Positions 13,097-25,000 of a stretch of DNA of 64,000 nucleotides are shown piece after piece (the stretch's first letter is position 1; each line of letters starts with the position of its first letter). This DNA is from Adineta vaga (taxonomy: Eukaryota > Animalia > Rotifera), in assembly GCA_021613535.1 (NCBI GenBank), contig CP075493.1, forward strand, positions 13,950,001 to 14,014,000, written 5' to 3'. The notes under the pieces are model-generated. The model had not been told where the DNA came from and did no database searches. It was given only the letters and a program-made list of their open reading frames with translations. Both the position numbers and the translations under genes were made by a program.

Positions 13097-15385
13097 GGAA
13101 AACCTATTTGGAATATCGAAGGTGTTACGCCAACAATTATCGAAGGTACAAATATTAAAGTAAAATTTAACATTTTTTTTCGTTTCATTGAATCGCATCA
13201 AAATTTCTTGTTACCTATAGATTGAATTTATTCGTGAAAAGCCAAAAGCTCAACAATCACAATCACAAACTGAAGTAAATATCAGATGTTCGGATGGAAC
13301 TATCTATGAAATAGTTTAAATCTTATTTTTATATTTATTTGTTTTAATAACGAAACGAAAAATTAATTTTTCTTAGGGAAACGGCCCAGTGTCAACTGTC
13401 AAAGAAGTTTTTGCTGACTTACAAACAATTCCAACCATTGAAATAGAAAGGTTTTTTTCCTTTTATTTGTGTTTTTCAAAAAATCGGTTTTTTTTCTCGT
13501 TTTCTAGGCGTCTTACAAGAGGAATGATTCTTCTTGGAATTCTTTGTGGAATAATATGTCTTGTATGTTTCGTTGCGGCAGCTGTTGTTGTACCGATTCT
13601 CATATTACACCAAAATTCAATAACCACAAAAGGTAAGAATATTCTTAAAAGACTTTTGCTTCCAACGACGAAAATATCTTAGTAAAAAAAAATCCTAATA
13701 GATCGGAACTGTCAAAAGCGACAAAGCGTATTTTATCATTTCATCCCTACCGTTTTTACGCGTATTCTTTGGTCCTTGTCTGTCTGGGTTTCCAATCTAA
13801 AATAGTGATTAAATAACTCAAACACTGCCATCTCATTTTCCGTATATACCACTTTTTTTTATAAAGTTCTAGAGTAAATTTTTTCATATTGTGACTCAAT
13901 TACTCGTTGTATATCTATTCTTACTTTTTTATACTATATCACCACTAAAGCTATGTATGAGCTATTTTCTCTCGCGTCGTGATAATATGACTAATCTTCA
14001 ACCCCGATTGATATCAATAATTCCTCAATGTTAATATCGCAAAATAGGAAGCGCTTTTATACGAAAGTAAAAAAGTTGAAAAGTTTAATTCATCTCGAGA
14101 AATCTTCTTATTATACTGTTACAAAACTATGCAAATGAAACTTTGATTCTAAAACTTTTTTCCTTAATAAGCATCAACAACAACTACAACATCAACAACG
14201 TCAACAACATCAACGACGTCTTCAACAACTTCAACGACATCAACATCAACAACATCAACAACGTCAACAACGTCAACTACATCAACTACATCAACGACAT
14301 CAACAACATCAACGACATCAACATCAACAACATCAACAACATCAACAACGTCAACTACATCAACTACATCAACTACATCAACTACATCAACAACAACTTC
14401 AACAACATCAACCACTACAACAACAGCAACAACTACTACCACTACAACAGTAACTACAGCAACAACGGCTTCGACTGCAGCGCCAACCACAGCTGGAGGT
14501 AATTTGCTTAAAATTATTTCGTAATCAAATTGTGTTTTATCTTCGGTATTTATGTAATTAATTTGATTTGTTTTGTATTTTCAAGGTTCGTGTTTCTATG
14601 GTAAAGATAAAGTAAATTTAATTGATGGCAATCAACGTGCAGTTGAAGATTTAAAAGTTGGTGATAGAATATGGTCACTTAGTGAAGATGGAAATTCTTT
14701 TGTTGAAGATGAAATTATTCTAATGATGCATAATGGACCAAATGAAACATGTTTGTTTTATATTCCTATATTGACATTTTTGAAGACAAACAAACGTTTT
14801 TTTCTATTTTAGCATTATTTTATACATTTCATACCACAAATGGACTGGAAGTTAGTTTAACAGAAAAACATACAATTCCTGTTTTTATATTCGCAATGAA
14901 TGAAATAAAAATTCTTCCAGCATTCAAAGTAACATTAGAACATCAGTTAATAATCTATAAAGAAAAGACTTCAATTGAATCAATAAGAAAAAATATTCGA
15001 CAAGGTTTTTATTCTCCATTAACGTTAACAAGTTATTTATTTGTTAACAATATTTCAACATCAGTTTTTTCTAATAGGTAAGTGTTATTGTATTTAAATG
15101 ACATATTTTTCTCTTCATAATTCATGTTTCAGTTATCATGTATCACAAAAAGCACTTCATGATGCATTCACACCAGTAAGAATTTATTATAATTTAATGA
15201 GATTTATTTATGGAGAAAATTATAAGCCATTTGCAACAATAAAGGAAGGTTTACATCCAATACCATATTTTTATAAAAAATATCAACTGATTATTCGATT
15301 TCTTTATTTTACATCGAAATATATTCTTCCAATTCTAATTCCATTCCTTATCATTAATGGTATTTATCAGAAAACAAGGACATGA
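13097..15385 (+). CDS. Transmembrane-mucin-Hint (hedgehog/Hog-like autoprocessing domain) protein, multi-exon; start uncertain
   Basis: In-frame spliced exons: N-terminal ENLFGISK..; TM GMILLGILCGIICLVCFVAAAVVVPILIL; Thr/Ser stalk 14171-14498; Hint domain GS|CFYGKDKV..VEDLKVGDRI..LTEKH..GFYSPLT..LFVNNISTSVFS; SRR-like ALHDAFTPVR..EGLHP; hydrophobic C-tail. Confidence 0.85.
14171..14470 (+). repeat. Coding low-complexity repeat (ACATCAACA-type; encodes TST/TTT mucin stalk)
   Basis: Imperfect 9-bp and 3-bp tandem units read as STTSTTSTT in the spliced frame. Confidence 0.9.
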
Positions 15386-15658
15386 CGTAAAACGATCTTT
15401 TTTTCTGAAAAAATAAAATTTAATTTTTTTTATTGCATTATAATGAAGGTGTAGGGTGAGTATTTGTTCTTCCATCTCATGTTTATCCTCATCTTCAAAA
15501 TAATACACACCACTATGCATTATATAGATATATATATATATATATATATGAGTGAAAACAAATAGATTGATGCACACAACAGAAGTAATGGGAATATCTG
15601 CACGAGTATAATATTAGAATGATAAAATGTAAGAAGAGTATATCTGTCAGAAAATTCA

Positions 15659-16380
15659 TTACCTAATTTCTTCGAGTCGGCGGCGCTTGACAACAAAATA
15701 TTTCACGAACAAATATACGAAGATCTCGATCGAGAATAATAGCGCACGCACTTGAATAACTACAGAACAAAATGACAATGTGGCTAATGCAATTAAGAAG
15801 ATGATTTTGATGCCAGTAATAATAAACACAAGTGTTGGTATACCAGCAATGAAGAAAATAGCGATAAGGATTAAAGTATTCCGAAGGACACTCATTTCTA
15901 ATCGATTATTGTCTTGAGAATATGCATGATTTCTCACCGTTTGTCGAACTCTTTTCATTTTGGGAGTAAAATAAAAAAATACATAATTAAACTCCCACCG
16001 ACCGAAACAACATAATAAGAAACTGTTGTATCAATGACGTGTAAATGTGCCCTCAAAGGAATCCAACAAATGGAGTTTGGAATGAATGAAATATTTGTCG
16101 TTAAAACTGTCGAAAGTGTTTACATAAAATAGAAATAATCCATCGCAATAACTCCTGCGTAAGTAAAATAAGCATGCCATCGTAGAAAAAGAAGATAAAT
16201 AATAGTAAGAGTTTGTACAAAATTATAGAATATTAATGATAATGAAGAATTGCATATCATCAGATGTCTACATGTGTGAAGTTGTGGTCTTGTTGGATAA
16301 ACGACGACGGTTACGAATAAACCAACAATAGCAGTTATCAACGAAAACAATGCTGCTATACCACAAGCAATGCTAAATTC
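15659..16380 (-). pseudogene. Degraded 7TM (rhodopsin-like) receptor
   Basis: TM1-2 (..RPQLHTCRHLMICNSSL) and TM6 (RLEMSVLRNTLILIAIFFIAGIP) fragments resemble the gene at 42176, with frameshifts between them. Confidence 0.6.
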
Positions 16381-19300
16381 AAGAGTACTAACTTGAGAAT
16401 ATGTTGAGTAATCTTAATAAAAGAATAAACTCAAGTTTTATCACAGAAATATATCGCTTCATTTCACTACAGGTATGTAAGACGAAACTAATCGGCAAAT
16501 CTATAACAACTTGAATGAAAAGTTGTCTATTCATCATCAGTATTACATATGCCTTACCTTATCTTTAACTTCGTTCTTGTCGTATTAATCTTCGTCTATA
16601 TCTATTTGATTTTCTCATGAGCATATGACGTATATGAAGAAACTCTAAAATTTCGTCTTTTATCCTCAATAAGATAGACTTCTGAAAATATCATAGTTTC
16701 AGATAAATGAACTCACTAGCTCGTAGATAATGTTAATTGAACTTACGCCTGTTGCATTCCACAAGATTTATTTTCTCTGATAACATAAGACGCTAATTAT
16801 ATCAGTCACGTGGGTGATATTTTTATGAACAGACTGTTTTGCAAACGGGAATGATGATGTTTTCTCCTTTCTAATTATAGTTTCATTATAAATACATTGT
16901 CCAGAAGTTTTAGCCGTAAACGATTCGTTTCCGTCTGCCGAACTCTTTTCATCTTGGCTAATGTCAATCGGATACAAAAAAAATGTTCTATTTGTTTTAT
17001 ATACAGACAAGACGAATGATCAATGATGCTTCATTCTCACAGTCAAAGGCTTTCTGCGAGTAACAGATAACGAACCACTGACATCATTAAAATGTAAAGA
17101 TGTCGACGGAATCTTCACTTTAGACCGGATGTTACTTTATTTTTTATTCTAACAGGAGACAAAATTAAAGGAACATTCGTTTTCAGTAAACATGATGCAT
17201 CTGAGTTATTTGCGATCGTTATGTGATGTTTATCAAAGATAGAAAATAAACGAAACGAAATCGGACGAACATCATAGGGTTAGGACTTGTTTCGAAACTG
17301 TTGTTTCTAAATGATAGATTAATATATGCATGTCATGTATACAAATTGAATCATTCCATTCTACTGTACAGGAAGACGCGTCTATGATCTCGTGTATTAC
17401 AAATTGAATTTTCGATAACAAAATTGGACAATTTTCATTGAAGCAATGATGAGATTAGCGGTTTCTTTAGACGAAACATTTCAAAATATGAGAATGTGGA
17501 TGCGGGTATGATGGTGCTGATGACGGTTCACTATAAGAACAAACGTGGTAAATCGACGTTTTTACAATAAATCATTTTTATATTTGACATTTGAATATGT
17601 ATTAGGAAGATTCGGGCTTTGTAAGTATGGTTAGTTTGAAGATTTTTCTACGTTGTTACAAAGTGTTGATGTGTTTTATTTATGATTCACTAGTTGTTTA
17701 GAATTGCAAAAAACTATGGAAAAAAACTGACGGAACTAAATGGAATATGAACAAAGCAACTGGTCTTTTTGCGAAGAAAAAGTTTAGTAAATGATAAATT
17801 TAACACGAAAACACACGAAGAATAGAAAACATATTGCTACTATCGATTACTTCTCATTGATTTTGTATTTTTCTTACATGACAGAAAATGATCAATTAAG
17901 ACTGCATAACATCTGATACTAAAAAGAAATCCGAGAACATTTTTAATCAGACTTGTCTGGATCGAATACGAGAATTTTCTATTTGGAATACTATTTAATT
18001 TTTCCAACTGCTTGCCTTTTGAATCTGTTCGAAAATGTAAGACATTAGGCAGAACGCGCTTCAAAATGCGACTTTCTATCGGTCCTATACGAATCTAAAG
18101 AACGACATTAACGTTTTGAACACTTAGATGATGCGATATATTTCTATAGATGATTTCCGTTCACAATTATTTTTCACTTCTTTTGATCTGCTATAAGCTA
18201 TTACTGATCTAAACTGTAAATGTGGATGGGAAACAGACGTATCATCAACGTCTACACTCATATTCTTGACCACCACCAACAGATGTTGATAATGAACTAT
18301 CAATTTGGTTTTTCTTAAGGCGTTACAATGAGAATGTAGTAGTTCTAAGCGATATGTGTTTATATTTTGAGTAGTAATTATTCGACAAATTTATAATTAT
18401 CCTTGTCTGTCACAGCAATATTATTCAATTATTCCTCATTTTAACTAGAAATATTATTGTGACAATCCAAATGATTGTATACTGCCTCTTTTCTTTTTAT
18501 ACCGTGATATTTGTCCCTGACGTACACTTCTCTCTTCCTTCCTCTTTCTCTATGCTTTCTCTTTCCTTTCCTCTCTTCCTTCGCTTTTCTTTCTTCTACT
18601 TTGTACATGAGCTGCCTAATGTGATTTAGAAAATGATTGAAGATCCAGCTGTTTATTATAACTTCGAAAATAAATTGTGAAAAAGAGAACTATAACTTGA
18701 AAATAACGTAGAAATAGACGTAGTTTTAATTTGATATAGTTATAGCGCATTTCTATGTCCTTCTGTGAAAACAGGAATTGTTAGAAATAGAGAGGAATAT
18801 ATTTACTTTGGTCTTTTTTAATTCTAACTCGCATATACAGATATATCTCTATCCGAGTATGAATTAGAGGTACGCACAACTAAAACTATGGCATTTATTC
18901 ATCTGAGCAATAAAAATACTTAAATGAACAATAATTAAAATACGAATTAGCAATATAATCTTTGAGCAATAAAGAATTTCTATCTGAGCAGTTTTTTTAT
19001 TATGAAATGTGTAATAAATAATTCGTCAAATAGCAATATTAATTTCACATTTTAGCAATAAGAAAAAGAAAAACTTCAGTTTTTATTTCCGCAATTGACC
19101 ATAAGAAAAATGAAAATGAGCAATTAATGTACTATTGTAGCAACAAAGCTTTTCTTGCTTTCGATGATCTGCCTCTTTTTCTTTTTGTGCCGACTTCTAT
19201 ATTTTTGCTTCTGGTGAAGGTTTGCAATATTTTAGTCAGATAGACATACCGATGACATGCTTGCAAACATAATTATTAAGAAATGATGGACAAGTGCACG

Positions 19301-19579
19301 TTACCGTTCTCCATTCGTCAGAATTGTCAGATAAACATACGTACCATATATTGAAATAGGCAGACTTGTACATATCGAATAAATTAAATCTACAATTTTC
19401 ATAAAGTTTTACTTATATGTCTATAACTCCAGTTTCTTCTCCAGCAGATATATAATAAATTGTTCTATCATCTTTTGAAATAGCTATAACTTCCTTGTTT
19501 ACCCGAACCCAGTTGTACCCATCAGTCCAATATAACAATGTGATTTGAGTTTGGTGTTGGAATTTTTTTGCATTAGCAC

Positions 19580-19629
19580 GTGTGTGGGTGTGGGTCAAGG
19601 TATCTCTTCTTCGCCCACATCCACACCCT
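19580..19629. repeat. Telomere-like short hairpin element, copy 2
   Basis: GTGTGTGGGTGTGGGT-caaggtatctcttcttc-GCCCACATCCACACCCT. Confidence 0.6.
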
Positions 19630-19940
19630 GTTAAATGTATCGCTCTTTTTTTAAGCAAACGAAGTTTATATATATACATAAATAAGAATGGGAATTTCCA
19701 AATATAATGAGAAAAAAACTAGAGGAAAAAAGGACTTGAACGAATCAACATTTGGAAAATACCTCAGATATAAAAGGGAGAAAAGAAAATATATGTAAAT
19801 GTCGTACATATGCATATGTATACGAAACGATCGAGAAAAAGAAAAGAAATACTCAACACAGATGAATGACACTATAACGCCTGGAGTTTTATTGCTCCTT
19901 ATACACACGATTTATTGCTAATTTAAATAAATGATTGCTC

Positions 19941-20260
19941 AATTATAGTATTATTACGGCTCATTCGGTATTATTATTGCTCATTCAGTATTATTACGGC
20001 TCATTCAGTATTACTATTGCTCATTCAGTATTATTACGGCTCATTCAGTATTATTATTGCTCATTCAGTATTATTATTACTCATTCAGTATTATTACTGC
20101 TCATTCAGTATTATTATTGCTCATTCAGTATTATTACGGCTCATTCAGTATTATTACGGCTCATTCAGTATTATTATTGCTCATTCAGTATTATTACGGC
20201 TCATTCAGTATTATTATTGCTCATTCAGTATTATTACTGCTCATTCAGTATTATTACTGC
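19941..20260. repeat. 20-bp minisatellite (TCATTCAGTATTATTAYKGC), 15 full units plus a partial unit
   Basis: Perfect 20-nt phase from 19961 to 20260; variants ACGGC/ATTGC/ACTGC. Confidence 0.95.
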
Positions 20261-22004
20261 TAAATTTCATTATTGCTCACTTGGATTATTTTATTGATTA
20301 TTTAAATATAAATCTAAAACTATGTATCCCTCAAGAATTAATTTTATGTCAAGATTTATTTTTGAGATCTCTATTTATATTCGAATTCGAATTAGACATC
20401 TACTCACTTTCATTTGTGTAAGTGTGAAAACATACATTCTTATACGTTCTATAAGAACTTCAAAATTGTCACAATAATAATATTGTTCTTCATTTTTCTG
20501 TATATTATTGCTTACATCGTCTTCTCGTGGCTTTATCGTCGTTTTTCTTAACTTCCATCTTTATATTTTTCCTTTTTTTCTCGAATTTCGTAAAACTGGT
20601 GCCACATCCGCTTATTAATTACGCTGAATAGAAAAAAACTCCGATGAATACAGATGGCTCCAACGACTGACTCTTTTCAGCGAGAAATATGTTTTTTGAA
20701 TATATACTATAGATATACGCAGTCGTTAACTTGTTATTGTATATTATTATCTCAAAAAAATATTTTTTTTCTCTTGAGTACTTTGCCATCGTCTCATAAA
20801 AAATTGCTAGCGAAGAAAAAGAGAAAAGAAAACTTACTTATCGGAACTGATGTTTTCCGCACTACATAGACTATATCCAGTGAAACGCACGATGAAAAAT
20901 ATTTCTGTTAATTAATAAGTAAGTCGCTTTTAACCAATGCAAATGTGCGTCGAATGCCATTTCCTATACTTTCAAATCTAGGAGCAATCGAGAGTTTTGT
21001 TTTGCATCTTGTACTCAAAATATTTTCACTATAGAATTTCTAAAAAATTATATTTGAAAATAAGTGAGAAATATAAAAGAAAATAAAAATATAGGCGAAG
21101 ACTAGTTTATTCTCATTGTTGTATTTTAAATTACATTTTTCGTTTGTGATCAAAGTCCATCGCATAATAGAATTGTTACCTTTTTATGAAATTTTATCTT
21201 TGTGTCCATCGTCAAGTTGTCGAAATTCAAGCTATTATGAAGAAAATTTAATTGATTTTTTTTTATTTAACAGGATTGTAACTCAAGATCTCCTGGAACG
21301 CCGTTTATAAACCGCCTGAAAATTCTAAATCTCTTGGAAGTTTTTAAATTCCTTACGCATTCAATCTCTGTTATAGCTAGCGTCACCAAACTTTCCATAG
21401 CAGTTCCCGAAGCTCAATGAAGGATCGAAAGGGACTTGGTGGTCTTGTGTGTATATCCGCGCTGGATAGAACTTGAACTGAAAGTCTAAGACTTTTCATG
21501 TCTGAACTAAAACGGAGACAGCTTTCGAGTGAGATGCGTAAGAAAAAGGATGAATTTTCCAGCAGGAACTGTAAGAAAACGGGTGGATTTGGAATGCTAC
21601 ATAGTATAAGTTGTTCTATCTTAGATATGCGTGGCGGGATATGTTGTGGTAATGAATGAAAAAATTTCAAGTTCAACCCTCTCTGCATCCCCTGTCACTT
21701 CTGACATATGTAGTTTTCAGTCGGAAAGATTCTGGATCAAGATCGGCTACTTCCGCTAGTGTATTTATAGAAAAGGAATTGAATATGGATGATTGCGCAA
21801 TCATTATGTCTCATTAAAAGTTTCTGTGCCATTTTTACTAGTACAGTAGTTAATGAGATCATAGTTTGAATGCAAAAGTGTTTTTTATGAAAGAAGTTGT
21901 ACCCTAATATTTTCTCACTAGATTGCTTTATTTCAGAAAGAAAGTTTTATATTTCGACGATATAAACTTCATTTAAACACTTTGTGGAATCTACTTCAAA
22001 AGTG

Positions 22005-25000
22005 ATGTCAACGTTTGAGCAGCTTACTGCTGGTACCAGCCCGACCGCAAAAACAGTGGAGAAGTTCTTCGAAGATATATGTTGCACATTTTCATCTATA
22101 CCGATTGAACTGTCTGAGCAAAAACCTACTCGGTCAGACCAAAAAGATCAAGATCAACTCGCTTCAACTTCGAAAAAGAGACAACTTTCGGCGACTACTG
22201 ATGGTCCCAGTCCTAAATTAAGAAAGAGATTGAATCTGATAGCTGTTGTACACTTATTACCAACTTTACCGGCATACTTGCGTGCTTTACACAAAATAGG
22301 TGATATAAAAGCCATTATATTCAAAGGTGTAGCAGAGAATGATCGACCCAAACATATGAAAGATATGGCTGAATGGGTAAAAAATCACGAAACTTTTGGC
22401 CCTGCTGTCAACGAAACAACGAAGGAAGACCTTAAACAAGAGGATAGTGTTACTGAACTCTTGTCAAATGCTGCTGATAGTAATGGAGAAATACTAATTA
22501 TGGATATAGGTGGTTATTTTGCTCATTGCTTACCAACTTTAGCTAAGTCCGTCGCAGCTGGATGTCCTTGGAAGCTATTAGGTATTGTTGAAGATACTGA
22601 AAATGGACATCAAAAGTATCACCAGGCTTTAGAAAAGTTTCGATCATTAAATAGTTCAGCTTTGCCACAACCGAAGATATATTCCGTAGCAAGAAGCCGC
22701 ATGAAGATGACTGAAGACTATAACGTTGGCAAGTCTCTTGTACGCGCAGCTGATACTATTCTTCGACAGTCACTGGATCATCGTTTAGAAGATCATCGTA
22801 CTATTGGTGTACTTGGTTTCGGTAAAATTGGTAGTAGTATTGCAATGCATTTACGACAGCAGCACATTGGCATAGTAATGGTCTACGACGTAAATCCAGA
22901 GATTTTACTTCGAGCACATTCATACGATTTCGTAATATGTTCTAAAGAACAAATGTTGGAACAAGCTTCGTTCATTTTCTGTGCTACAGGTAATAAGGCG
23001 CTTACTTACAATGATTTAATAAACATTGGTACAAATGTTAAACGTCTCATAATCGCTTCATGTACTTCCGCAGACGATGAGTTGGATATTCATAATGGCT
23101 TTGAACGTAATAATAATAAAAACCAAAGCACTGATCCTCGTAGCTTCTCTCGTTATACATTGACGCGTTTGAGTGGCGAGCCTATCGACATAGTTCTTCT
23201 GTGCAATGGTAATGCCGTTAACTTTTTTCACCGTGCTGTACTCGGAGAGTCGATCCGATCTGTACAAGCCGCTATGATAGTATGCGCACTTAAGTTGCAG
23301 CACTTGTCTTCCAATGCTGACTTAGCATCCGGAATTAATACTTTGACCAATGAAGATGAGATGCGAATTGCTCGCCTTTGGCTTCAACATTTTACACAAT
23401 TAGATGTGCATATAATAACAAATTTGGTCTGTGCTCATATGAAGTTTGATAAAATTAGTGTTGAAGAAGCTATAGGTGATTTACCTGTTGATGAAAGCTC
23501 TATCAAGCAGTTAAAAGAAAACATGGGTTTGACGAAAACAAACAACACAGATGCGATAGATTTCATGGATTCTACAAGAAAACTTATTGTCACAGCACCA
23601 CGTGGATCAGGCAAGACGGCAATACTGTTTTCTTTTATTCACGACGTTCGTAACTATTATGATATCATATGGTGGTTTGATTGTAATGATTCGTTTCAGA
23701 GCACACTACTTTCATTGGCACATGAATTTCACGTTTCTTCTATCGAGCGATCCGAAAATGACCTAGGAAGAGCTGTTCTAGAAGCACTTTTCTCATCTCT
23801 AGCAGTCAACAGTATTTTATTAATCATTGACAATGTTCAAAAAGATGATGAACAGAATGCTTTTGAAATGACTGCCAATATTGCAAGCAACACAAACGGT
23901 ACAACATATCCCAAACAACGTCCGTTTAGATGTCATGATTTTCTACGTATTATCAATGAAACTTTGGATGGTGAATCGCGCCGTCAACGGCGATGCCATA
24001 TTATAGCATTGTACACAGACCATAGCGCTAACCAACAACCATCAAAAGAAATTTCGCCACCAAAAATCCAAGAAGAAAAAGATGATTGGCTATACTTACC
24101 CCTGGAAATGATTGTGCATGAACAAACACCAGATAAGATTATTGGTTTGGTTCTTAAAAATCTTAGTCCAGACGTGGCAGAAAATCGAAAGCAACTTATC
24201 CGTAAAATTTTATCTATTGATTCACGTCGATTGACAATGCGATTGACTAATTTACTTTTGACGTCAACGAATATAGATGATACCGAATTAACGGAACTTA
24301 CAGATAAAATCGATAAACAAAAACTAGGTCAGAACGGAAATTATGATGTATTATCCCAGTTGATTAAATTAGCATTGGAACAGTTGAAAAAGGAGGATGA
24401 ACGCTTTTTTCTCTGTGCTGAAGTCGCCAGTTTGATACATACTTCAAGTATAAGTCGAGAAGTATTTCGTCACATCTATCGCATTTTGTGTCCTTACGAA
24501 AATACCTCACCAGATTGGGATTCATTTTGGCAACAACTCCTTTCAAAGTACAAGAAATATTGCTTATTAAAACAAAATTTTCTAGTACCGACGATTCATA
24601 GACGTGTAAGTGAGCGTCATATTCCTTCTGAATATGTGGAAGTCTACAGTATACCAAGTACGTACGCCAAAGCATTATGCGAATCAATACTCAGAGATAA
24701 TACATCTCGCATCTGGGAATATGCTTTCGAACTCATTAATAACCGTTTCAGTTATGATTACTATGGCTTCAAAGATGATAAAAACTTGCATTATGACGAA
24801 CAGGGCATTTTTCACTACCTTGATCATGCAATTGCTTTAATCAAACGTAGTGAAAAATACATCGATAATGAGCATTATGCCCAATCATGTGGTGAACTAT
24901 TATGTCGCTTAGGATCGTACTATCTAAATGAGCGTCGGATGTATTCTGAAGCAGCGCAGTCGTATTTCAAAGCAAACACTATATTTGATAGTATGATGAA

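Larger units (their letters stand above)
18867..20332. mobile_element. Possible non-autonomous DNA transposon with inverted subterminal AGCAATAA motifs
   Basis: About 9 (T)GAGCAAT/TAGCAAT motifs on + at 18904-19145 face TTATTGCTC(A) motifs at 19889-20280. Candidate ends GAGG../..CCCTC; no TSD seen. Confidence 0.35.

Noticed and set aside
14143-14502. Asn/Ile-rich (+) and Val/Asp-rich (-) ORFs
   Set aside because: Alternative frames of the Thr/Ser stalk exon. Splice phases support the TST frame.
16500-18800. Short ORFs and pyrimidine-rich tract
   Set aside because: No recognisable motifs or coherent exon chain.
19941-20260. CRISPR-like array, and overlapping ORFs 19935-20421
   Set aside because: Units are head-to-tail with no unique spacers and the context is eukaryotic. 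The ORFs are artefacts of a stop-free 20-bp repeat.
21383-21688. 101-aa minus-strand ORF in a GC-richer patch upstream of the NLR gene
   Set aside because: No motif or splice support; may be UTR or TE relic.
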